Source: Halocafeteria seosinensis
Lineage: Eukaryota
Assembly: GCA_001687465.1 (NCBI GenBank)
Contig: LVLI01001199.1
Location: forward strand, 1-50,030
Length of the DNA stretch: 50,030 nt
Direction of reading: 5' to 3'
Of the stretch, positions 1 through 9,799 are shown piece after piece. Both the position numbers and the translations under genes were made by a program. The notes beneath the pieces were generated by a model, which made no database searches, had not been told where the DNA came from, and saw nothing but the letters and a program-made list of their open reading frames with translations. How positions within the stretch are numbered: position 1 is the first letter of the stretch; each line of letters begins with the position of its first letter.

Positions 1-370
1 CATTCAATAACGTTTCCGAAATTTTCCGGTGGGAATTCTTCGCCGTTTTTATCGAGGCGGTGACGTTCAATTTTTGCTCACGTGTGTACGGGGAGGGTAA
101 CAAATGAATTCTAGAGGAAACAGGATCCTGTGCAATTCATAGTTTTTGGAGTGATCGAATTTCGTCATTTTCGACATGTTGCTGTACCTGGTACTGTCGA
201 TACCAGAAAAAAGGGGGAAATAGACATGCAACGAGTTGTACCAGGTGAAAAAATACACGCTCTTTATTGTGCTCAACGGGTGGTCGCTAAAATTGGAATT
301 CCAGCGGCCTGTTGCAGTATTTACTAGCCATTTATGCCCATGTTCTGAACGGAAAACAGTTGCGTTTATC

Positions 371-414
371 GATAATCCAGTACGATTCACTTGATAATCC
401 AGTACGATTCACTT
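371..414. repeat. Perfect 22-bp tandem duplication
   Basis: gataatccagtacgattcactt occurs back-to-back at 371-392 and 393-414. Confidence 0.95.
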
Positions 415-1390
415 GGGAGGAAAAAGAGTCAAATAAAAGCGGCTCATCCGCTACTAATGAGGAGTTCGAGCTACATTTTCCTTCTGTTGTCAAAGCCTGG
501 CTTACCGTAGGAATCTTGCGCGGTAATAAAACAAAGCGACTGCTTCGAGGTATGTTAACTCGTCTGCCGGCTGTTAGTAAATTCCAGCGCCAGAGGAACT
601 CTGGTCACATTACACGAGCGGGAGAACCGCGTCTGGAAGGTGAAGTTGTCAAAACAGGTGGCTAAACGTGGCTTCCCTAAGTTGCAACTTCCGGCAGATT
701 AAAGGAATATACGCCTATCATTACAAGAGCGTTCGTCAAGACGCTAATCACGTTTGGATACGGCGACCGAGGGCGCAACATGATTTGGCCAGATGAGCTT
801 ACTGCGTTTCTGGTTAGTAGACTACACGTTATCGGCAATGCAGACAAAGCTTCAATTGATCATCCCTTTTGAATAAAACAAATTGCTATGAACCTGTTCG
901 ACATTCGCGAGGCTTCGCCAGCAGGCAGCAACCACTTGAAACGGGACAAGGCTGGTAAAGGAGATCACTCCCAGAAAACTGGAGAAGGATTGCTGCAGCT
1001 TGGGGAACAATAAACAACAGTCCTTAGAAAAATAGGGGAGAATAACACTCCTCCAGCTATACTGTATCTACCACCTCACCACCTATTAAGCCGCTTCAAA
1101 ACTAGGTTGGGAGTCCTTGGGACACAAGTCCTCAAAACCTTGTTTGTGTGTATTCAACTAATGTCCTGACACGCACCTCAACTTCAGCTTGGATATACTC
1201 AAAGTTTACCCGCCTTATATGCAGGATATACAAGGAATTGAAAGTTTAGCTCAGTTAATTCCTGCAGCATTGGACTTATATATCATCGCCATAGATCGGC
1301 AATTGATGATGAAACGAACAGACTGTGGCAGCATGTGGCAGAAAAGCTCGCCCACTTGAAGTCTCCATTTGCATCTTCTATGAGGACGCA

Positions 1391-1607
1391 CACACACAAA
1401 TGTGACAGATAGCCCACCGGCCGGGAAGTTGACCGCATCCTCTTAACGAGAAGCGGTATGCCCCCGTGTTAAGCAGCGACGGGCCCGCTGTTCCTGCAGC
1501 CTTGCTGACATGCGCCGTGAGGGAACACAGCACTGGTTAAGCTCAGGAGGCATCGGGGGAGGAGCCATGCCTGCGCCCACAATGTCAAGAGGTACCGACA
1601 AGGCTCA
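1391..1607 (+). repeat. Dispersed ~210-bp repeat, copy 1 (probable retroelement terminus)
   Basis: Starts cacacacaaatgtgacagatagcccaccgg. Matches 47902-48107 in the same orientation, with about 8 substitutions plus a 10-bp and a 1-bp indel by manual comparison. Confidence 0.95.
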
Positions 1608-1643
1608 GTCTGGCAGGAGAAGACCCCCCAGAACGTTCTGCCC

Positions 1644-1832
1644 ATGTACACAGGAGCTGGTCACACCCACTCTAGAACATGCGCTGGCTTGCTTCCCGTT
1701 CCACCTGCAGACCATGTCCTCTCATCCATTCGAAGAGCTTATCCCGAATTGCGTGATGTCTATCGGTGCGCAGGGCCACACAAGACTAACAACGAAGCCG
1801 AATACGAGGACGTGTTCCATCTCTTTTGTTAG
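1644..1832 (+). pseudogene. Degenerate RNase H-like fragment (probably retroelement-derived)
   Basis: Encodes ...YRCAGPHKTNNEAEYE, matching the TNNxAEY motif of RNase HI family proteins. Lies directly after the dispersed repeat and is truncated after the motif. Confidence 0.5.
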
Positions 1833-2040
1833 CCTGATCATCACTTCATCTACTTCACAGCTGCATATTTAATTGTAGATTTTGTGACTGCGCGATTTAT
1901 TTCGTTGTGCATCCTCCTGCCGAGGAGCAGGTAAGGCAAGTCTGGAAATGCATTGTCCTGTAATAAATCACCTCAAGTAACTTGTTTGTACCACATACCC
2001 ATCTGTATGTGCCGTAAAAAAGTCATCCTCATACGAGAAA

Positions 2041-4508
2041 ATGGAGGCTCTAGCCGAAGTGGCATACCAAAAATACGGCCCGGTGGAGTATACCGACACC
2101 TCCGATGATGCTGAAATATCCTCTGTTTCGGCCTCTATTGAGGAGTATGATGATCACGACAATGAACAAAAGGAGGATTCACCTGATACATACCAGGGGC
2201 TGATGGAATCCATGCGCGGGTACTTTATTTTGGCCTCTAAAATGGGGAAAAAGGAGCAGAGTGCCTCGAGAAGATGCCATATCTGCAATGGCTTATCGCC
2301 TCCCACAAGAGCTTTTATGTGCCAAAGTGGGTCATGTGAACAATTGGTGCACACCTCAGCATCATCGTCTTCTTCCTCCCATCGAGGTAGCGCAGCGAAC
2401 CGCAAAGGGAAAAGCACCTCCCGAAAGCATGCTTCCCCCGGTGGAATTGTGATTTGCTCCCGGGAACCATGTCTCAAAGTACTTCGTGATTTTTTCAATT
2501 TCCAGTGCCCCGTTTGCTCAAAACTATGCTGCTGTCAAAAGCTGGGTAACTGGACTACTTGGAAACATAAACATCTGGAAGCCAACCCGATCTGTCCTTG
2601 CTACCAGAAACGATCGCTAAGTGACAAGTATGAAGCGCCCGTGAATTATTATTCCAAGAGTGGTGCGATACATAATGGGGACCACAACGGAAAACCTCCT
2701 ACAAGGAGCGAGGAGTACAGGAACCACAAGCAAGATGCCGGCGTCGCGGGTAAGCACGAGATAGGTAATTTCCTCCTTCTGGTCAGTCTGGTGTATAACC
2801 GTTTCGTTGATTCACAACAGAGTCTGGTGGCCGAGACCGTCATCATGATCGTGAAGTGGTATGTATCATGCATCATCGCAGTAACCGGGGAAAGGCGTAT
2901 ATCTAGGGAAATTTTGCCTGATTGCAGAGTACGGAGCAAGAATCTGATACATTTTCGACGGATACGGATGATTCTGGCGAATGGGGAATGCTTGTACGCC
3001 TGCAACAGCTCTGCAGCACTAGCACGGAGCTATCTAGGGATTCTGAAGAGAAACGAATATGTCATTTCGCAGGCTGTATTCGCTACTATAGAACGTTCAT
3101 GAATGTCCTACTGGAGTATCTGCAGGCTTGTATGGGTCTCGCCGTTCGCTGCTTATGTCAGCAGAAGATTGCGATTCAAGATTTGCGGCATGCGCTTTCT
3201 CCGTCCCTATTGAAAGTGTTTTCGTTGAAGACCAAGTCGGGCATCGACGGTCTTACAATCCAAAACCGGCGCAACGTTTCGCTGTTGTACAAAATTATTG
3301 AAGATAAAGGCAGGATGACTTCCCTTGTCCAACACCTTGGGCGTCGAGCCGCCGTTTCGAGACGAAACGCTATATACAAGAAGGTGGTAGACCAAGACGC
3401 CGACATGTTGGCTGAATGTGGGTTTACTTCTCGCCCGACGCAGCTCGGCGCTGCGGATGCCTGTTCTGTATTACTATGCTGTGTAGGGGGGGCAATCGAT
3501 GCGGAACAAAGCATTCTACCCCAGTTACTTCAACGTTTAGGAATGCGGCCGACAACTAGAAGGAAGGCTAAGCATTTAGATGCAGCGCTATTTGGTATGG
3601 TATCCTATATCTCGGAAGAACATAGGACAGTAAAGGGAAGCCTGAAACAATTAATTCAGGAGAACATGAAAACGTTCAAGCGTAGTAAGAGAGAGTATGA
3701 ACTCGCTCATCGTGTTGCAAAGTTCCGGAAACCTTCCTCCGCTCCACAAAGAAACGATACAGAAAATACCTCCCGTGTCGAAATAAAGGGTAATATTGAC
3801 TCTGATGCAACGCAACTTGCCGAGTCGGCCGGTTCACGACGTACCACGGCTTTACAGACTACCCTAAAGGCTCAAATGATTTCAGATGGAGGGGAAATAC
3901 AATACTATAAGGCTAAAATTGCTCAACAAGAACGCAGTCATATTCTGGCTATCGATCAGCTGGGACAGTTCTATAAATCGCTGGAGGCGACATTACACGG
4001 GTACTGTAGCTATCTGATGGGTCTTCATGAGGGATTGATGGATCAAGACGATGGTAGCAACTTTCTGAAATACCTCGGAGGTAGTATACCTCTGGTCAGT
4101 GTGATTCTTGAAGCGGCGGAGACAGTCTTGAGCAAGCCTATATCCGTGGAGTATGAGGACGTCCTGCAATCGCTAGTGTCCAGACTTCCACACAAGGCAA
4201 ATTTATACGAAACGGTAGAGGAAATATCCCGAACATTGACACTGGTATTTGAAAACTCAGTCAAGGCCCTGAATTCTGCGAAGGCGAAATCTGTTTCGGT
4301 GCATAACAGTCACATTTCACAAAAAACGCGTGTTGCCCGAACTGTATATCAAATTGAGGGTTTTGTGTTAGGCTTAGCTCTCATAAAAACTTGCTTGATC
4401 GCCAACATTGACTTAAACACTGAGAAAGTAGTAGCGCATTTGCTGCCGGACTACGACGTCTCCGCACTTCGGAAGAAACGGGAATCTGTCACTATCCCTA
4501 TAGCGTGA
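2041..4508 (+). CDS. Cys-rich zf-4CXXC(R1/CDCA7)-like finger protein with helical C-terminal region; exons 2041-2749, 2821-2858, 2928-4508
   Basis: CHIC...CQSGSC...CSREPC...CPVCSKLCCC...CPC pattern. Introns 2750-2820 (gtaagc..cag) and 2859-2927 (gtatgt..cag) join ORFs 2041 and 2922 in frame. Confidence 0.65.
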
Positions 4509-4721
4509 TCGCGACCATAGTCTAAATTCCGAGAACTCTCACGGCAACACTCCTGCTCCACCGCAGTCAGCTTACGCGGCTTTCACATCTACTTTGAACG
4601 ACTCACCTGAGTGGAAAGAAGGTAAAGCAAGGAAAAGCATGCTGTCGCATTTGCTTCTTCCACTTCTAAGCCTGGTGAGGAACTGATCGGACAAATGCTG
4701 CCGAAACAGTATTTTGCCTAG

Positions 4722-7700
4722 TCAATAGCTGCCTTGTCGGCTCCAATGAGACAAAGATTTGCCCTTGTTCTTTCTGCCAGAAGTTAACTTAGCCTGGAGC
4801 TGGTTCGTGAGAGCTTGAGCGGCGCTCCAAGACAGCTTGCCGCTATACAGGTTGAATGCAGGTTTTACTTGCTCTATCGAAGTGATATCGTTAGCAGTCT
4901 TCTCTTTCTTGCGACACTCCTCGTCGTAATATGCCTCAATCACCTCAGATGCTTCCTGGCTGGAATCGTTCGGTGTGTACAAAACAGACTCTTTAGACTT
5001 TTGAACCGAAGATATATCAACTTTGCCGAATAGGATAACAGCTTTACACCTTAGACAGGCGACTACTCCATGGCGTCTCATGCCAGCCGGATTCAGGGTC
5101 TGAATTAGGTGCCCATTGATTGTCTTAGGAATGGAAAACCGCCAATATTGATTGAAAAGTGGCTCTGCTGTAAGGGCTTTCATAACGCCGGTTCTATCCA
5201 CTTCTCGCTTGGGGTCATCAGTGCCCCCAGTTGGTTTTGTCGTTGAATCATTTTGGAAGGAAACGGAAGTGCTAACAGTAGTGCTTTGCGACTGTATAGT
5301 GTTTTTTCCCCTGTCAAGGGCCGAGGTAGCAGAGGCGCTTAAGGGACTGCTTGCAGAGACTGGGCTATCAGCCAGTGTACCAATTTCCGTGAGAGCGGTA
5401 GCCACAGATGCCTTTACTTGACTCTGCGAACTGAGCCCACGTTCTGCGTCTTCGGTGGAGCCTTCTGTAGCAGTCAACGTGCTTTTGATCGTTTTCTCTA
5501 AATCCCACGCTGCTTGTCGATAATGCTTACCACCTTCTTCCAAGCAAGTACTGGCGACTATGGCTCGGGAGAAGACATAAAATTTTCTCAATAGCAAACA
5601 CGTTTCCTTCAGATTCAGTTTCAGAATATGTATTAAGTCCTTCCCAGTAACCGTAGGCACTGGGCACTCCTGTCTTATTCTCACTCTGTCCGCAGAGCCG
5701 TAGCTCTCGCGAGACGTCAATAGGTTCTCAGCTAGGCACAGAGCTTCCTCCGAAGGGAACGTAGTGCCTTTGAATGCGCCTTCGAGATGATCAAACCCTT
5801 GGAAGCAAAACAAGCCAAAATACTTCATAAACTCCTTCCTATATACCTTGATACCAAGTTTCTCAAGCAGCCGGCCTATATCCTTCCCACTGGCCAGATC
5901 GCCCTCTTGCGCCAACCCACTTTCCAAGTCAATGGACTTCGCTATATACAGAGGATCAAGACAATCTGGTCGATAGGATTCACCTAGAGTATCATTTATA
6001 AAGTTCTTTACATGCTCCTCAGCTTCATCCAGGGGAATTTTCAACTGTTCAAATTTGCTGAACCAGTTTCCATTACTACATTCATCGTTTTCAATGGCGT
6101 TTCTAGCTGTCCGAGCAAACATTCCAACGGAGGCAACAGTAGATGACGATGCAAATCCGTTGGGAAGTACTGTTGGAATGGCAACAGGCTCTTCATCAGA
6201 ACGGTACACTTCATCCAGGTCGTTTTCGATACATTGGAGAGACACTATAGTGGAAAACTTTACATTCTTTATTTCCATGGCCAGCTGTGGCATAATCGGA
6301 AGATGTTTAGAAAAGCTTCCGCTAAGACATGCTTCGAATAAGCCAGTAGACTCATTAACAGCATCATGAAGCACCTGTGTTGGCGACTTCTTGGCTAGCT
6401 CTGCGACTTTACTAGCGTCTAATAATATACGGCGCAACACGATTTCAATTTTTCTCTTCATTTCTCCAAAAGAGGAAAACAGCTGGAAAAGACGGTCTTC
6501 TCCAGATGGCGGAATCTTAATGGATGACAAAACCCCGACAATGGTTCCAATTTCTGATGGAGACAGCTTTTGTTGCTCCAGAGTGCGTTTCAGTAAATTG
6601 CTATAGTTCTCGGACGGACAACTTTGTCGGACTTCAGAAACTAGACAACAAAACGTGTTGACAAAAACATCAAAATAGCTCGTGAGTCGGTTGTCGCTAC
6701 GAACTTTGCGTAACTCCCTCTCATGGGCTTTCCGTATTCTCTGTTTCAGTCCAATCTTTCCGAGGCGCTTGAGAGCTTCAGCGCCTCTGTAGCTACTGCG
6801 AACGACCTTTTTCAAATGCTCCGTTAACGATTCGGTGATTTCATCTATTCGTGGAAACCCAGCATGCGCGTAGTCATCGGATTCAAGTAATTCCGCCAAA
6901 TGGTCCGCGTGTCTACGCTCCATATCCTCGGTTAAATGAGGTCGTTGTAGTCGGGACATATGGCACAGCACCACGGAAGCCATAAGTTGGCTCTTATCCA
7001 CACTGACAAGCTGCTCGTTCTTTCCAGTGGGGCAAGTACCAGCAATCCACCTGCCATGTGGAATAAACTTGAGGATGGGGTGGTATTCACGGAAAGAGGA
7101 GTATGGGCCGCTGTTTGCAGTCCTGGTACTTGCGGTAGAGGTTCGCTGCCCGTCAATTGTCCTGCTTTTTTCCCCAGTACCTCGGGATAGAGTGAGCGAC
7201 AGGCTAGACCCCGTACTAGCCGCTGGCGCACCGTTTGCTTCTTCGTTGGTACCATTTTCCTTGTCACTCGGCGTCGCCTGCTTTTGCTTCCCGCTCGTTT
7301 TCCGGCGCTTCTTTGGAGTAGTAGTACTTTCCGTTTTTCCTGTGTCGCTACTACTGGCATTCTTTTCGCTCCTTTTCTTCTGCGTCCGCTTCTTGGCGAC
7401 TCCCTTCTTCCCGGGGTCGTCGTGAATGGATTCCTGCCCGTTGTTGGATTCCGTGTCCAGAGTCTGCCCGTCACCTCCCTCATTCTGACTCATCATGGAA
7501 TGGAGAGCTTGTGCAGCTTGAAAATCATCCCCACCTTGAACAGAATCCTCCCGATAGCGTATGGGGGCGACTGAACGTCTACGACCCCGACTGGTGGATG
7601 GAGAGGTCGTGTCAGAAGATGAGCCTTTTGCTGCATTCTGCTTCATTCCCTTGTCATCCATGGGCTTAGATCTTGCATGTTGCTCCTCTTGTGCTGTTGC

Positions 7701-7751
7701 ATGGGCACTTTTATCGCGTGGTTTGGCCTCTGAAGAGCTCTTTTCGGCCAT
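4722..7751 (-). CDS. Large hypothetical, probably nuclear protein with C-terminal H-CxxC-C domain (family member A)
   Basis: ~1000-aa open frame with a K/R-rich disordered N-terminus (PKKRRK). The C-terminal ~125 aa align with ORFs 29920-30768 and 36339-37439. Start taken as the first ATG (MAEKSSS). Confidence 0.8.
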   Translation of the reverse strand: MAEKSSSEAKPRDKSAHATAQEEQHARSKPMDDKGMKQNAAKGSSSDTTSPSTSRGRRRSVAPIRYREDSVQGGDDFQAAQALHSMMSQNEGGDGQTLDTESNNGQESIHDDPGKKGVAKKRTQKKRSEKNASSSDTGKTESTTTPKKRRKTSGKQKQATPSDKENGTNEEANGAPAASTGSSLSLTLSRGTGEKSRTIDGQRTSTASTRTANSGPYSSFREYHPILKFIPHGRWIAGTCPTGKNEQLVSVDKSQLMASVVLCHMSRLQRPHLTEDMERRHADHLAELLESDDYAHAGFPRIDEITESLTEHLKKVVRSSYRGAEALKRLGKIGLKQRIRKAHERELRKVRSDNRLTSYFDVFVNTFCCLVSEVRQSCPSENYSNLLKRTLEQQKLSPSEIGTIVGVLSSIKIPPSGEDRLFQLFSSFGEMKRKIEIVLRRILLDASKVAELAKKSPTQVLHDAVNESTGLFEACLSGSFSKHLPIMPQLAMEIKNVKFSTIVSLQCIENDLDEVYRSDEEPVAIPTVLPNGFASSSTVASVGMFARTARNAIENDECSNGNWFSKFEQLKIPLDEAEEHVKNFINDTLGESYRPDCLDPLYIAKSIDLESGLAQEGDLASGKDIGRLLEKLGIKVYRKEFMKYFGLFCFQGFDHLEGAFKGTTFPSEEALCLAENLLTSRESYGSADRVRIRQECPVPTVTGKDLIHILKLNLKETCLLLRKFYVFSRAIVASTCLEEGGKHYRQAAWDLEKTIKSTLTATEGSTEDAERGLSSQSQVKASVATALTEIGTLADSPVSASSPLSASATSALDRGKNTIQSQSTTVSTSVSFQNDSTTKPTGGTDDPKREVDRTGVMKALTAEPLFNQYWRFSIPKTINGHLIQTLNPAGMRRHGVVACLRCKAVILFGKVDISSVQKSKESVLYTPNDSSQEASEVIEAYYDEECRKKEKTANDITSIEQVKPAFNLYSGKLSWSAAQALTNQLQAKLTSGRKNKGKSLSHWSRQGSY

Positions 7752-8881
7752 TATCTCCCCCTCTTCTGCTGGTCTTTGCCCTCTGTCCAAACACACAGAC
7801 TGAACTATAGTCACTGCCAGAAGTCGTAGCCTAGATAAAATACATTGAATATTGACGAAACAAGGGCGTATGGACGTGAATAATCATCAATTCTTGGAAA
7901 TCAGGTCTGACCACACTCTACCAAAGGAGGACACAATGTGGGTGACTCATTGAGTCCCTTGTCCATCTACGTACAACCATATTGGCAGTATGTGTAGGGA
8001 AAGTACTCCTTTGTACTCTATTAGCTCACATAAAGAGTGCCAGCATAGCTCTGGAGAAGTCAAGAAGAATTCAATCAATCGAGCTTTCGATTCCTTCACC
8101 TTGGATATGCTGTCTATGGACGACATCTGGCACCAAGGTCGTGGGGCAATGATACACACAGGTAGCATTTTCTGCTTTGCTAGTGTGCGCATTGTATTGT
8201 AGTCTTCTGTGAGGAAGAAAGCGGTTCCCGGGTTTGCTTCGCCTGAACTTCGTCTTCACCCAAGGATTTGGCAAGTGGCAGTACCGATATCATTTTGGGC
8301 GTAAGTCTTAGGAACAGCACAAGCACTGGAGTCAAAGATAAACACTTAATTGAATCTTTGTGGTTCCATGTAACTTAACATTATCGTCGCCATCAGTGGT
8401 CCACTGGGTGGAAACGATAACATTGACTTCCTCAATACAGAACAAGTGCACAATGTGATACACGGCGTATATCACATTGTTGTGTGGCGGCAACTTGCAC
8501 GAACGAACAGTTAGTGAAACAATCCAATTGCTTCACTGAGCTGGGTTAATTCTTTATCACGCAGTCAAAAGTTGCTGAAGTCAAAGTCAGAAACTAACTT
8601 CTAGGTCCACAAACGAAGGAGGCTCAACTTTATTACCATTACAACCGTGTACCACACAATAACGACTTATCATATTCAGGAGTTCTTTAATGGCTGAAGC
8701 TCTGGGCTGAACTCAATTGACCGACTTCATTTCCCAGTGTCAATGAGTCACTTTGATGGCATTATTCAATGAAAACTACGTTTCCCCGTCGGTTTGTCAA
8801 TATTTCCTCATCGCATGACGTCTAAATTTTTATATTCCAGCAAACGACGAGGTATTGGTATAGAATACTTGTAGTGGGTGC

Positions 8882-9739
8882 ATGATGGCGGCAGCGGCAG
8901 CGACCGACACGGGATTCGGGCTCCTGGCAGATCCCGATAAGGCTGTATCACATCGAAAAAAGACCAAGAAACACTCCCAGAGCTCACACAGGACTCTTGT
9001 CCGAAAGGAGCTTGTCTTGCCGTGGTTTATCTCGAGTGCCGAAGGGCAAGAGTTCGTATGGGCTGATTGTCTGGGCGATGGAATGGACGACTTCCATCGA
9101 AAACGCATCTGTGGGACATACACCCCACAAATCGCCGTCGGAAGCGTGGATCAAGTCGAGATTACCGAAGATCCAGTAGAAGCCGAAGTTAATAACGTGC
9201 CTTCTGATGGACCAGCAAAGATGAATAGAGGGAGAGACAATGTGGAGACGCAGGCTGCTGCGCAGCCCAGAGCGAAGACACCCGAGAAAACACTCTCCAA
9301 GAAACAGAAGAAGCAACAAGAGATGGAGGAGCTAGATGCTATTCTGAACGAGATGGGTATTGAGCCGACAGCCTCTCAACAGGAAGCTGCACATGAGCGA
9401 ACGGAAGAAAACACTGAGCCCTCGACATCTAGTGTACCAAAGGAAGAAGCTACTGGCGCGGAAATAGAATCCGCTGCCGCCAAAAAGAAAAGGAAAAACA
9501 AGAACAAAAAGGCCGCATCCGCTACACAACAGTCCGAAGCTGATAGTGCAGGAGATAACCGGAGTGAGTCTCATTCTCAAGGGCTGCCGACGATGCCAAC
9601 GAGACCTCCAGTTCCAGGGGGAGCAGCGAAAAAGTCGTCCTCCTCCAGCAAAAGTAGCGGTAGTGGCGCCAAGTCCGCAGCAGCCAAAGCTGCTGCAGAG
9701 GCAAAAGCGCGAAAAGATAAAAAGGGGAAAAAGAGATAG
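8882..9739 (+). CDS. Hypothetical K/E/A-rich protein
   Basis: 285-aa ORF with LSKKQKKQQEMEELDAILNEMG and a basic C-terminus; low-complexity composition; function not assignable. Confidence 0.7.
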   Translation: MMAAAAATDTGFGLLADPDKAVSHRKKTKKHSQSSHRTLVRKELVLPWFISSAEGQEFVWADCLGDGMDDFHRKRICGTYTPQIAVGSVDQVEITEDPVEAEVNNVPSDGPAKMNRGRDNVETQAAAQPRAKTPEKTLSKKQKKQQEMEELDAILNEMGIEPTASQQEAAHERTEENTEPSTSSVPKEEATGAEIESAAAKKKRKNKNKKAASATQQSEADSAGDNRSESHSQGLPTMPTRPPVPGGAAKKSSSSSKSSGSGAKSAAAKAAAEAKARKDKKGKKR

Positions 9740-9799
9740 TGATCGAAGGAACATTGTCGGGAAGAAAGAACATGCTGGTATGTTTATTTTACGACTTGC

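Noticed and set aside
371..414. CRISPR-like repeat
   Set aside because: Only two adjacent copies, no spacer, no cas genes, and a eukaryotic context.
2750..3102. Overlapping genes 2041-3102 and 2922-4508
   Set aside because: Explained by two canonical introns joining them into one gene.
7947..8400. Small minus-strand gene or extra 5' exons of the 4722-7751 gene
   Set aside because: Short ORFs and splice-like signals are present, but I could not build a consistent model or recognise a motif.
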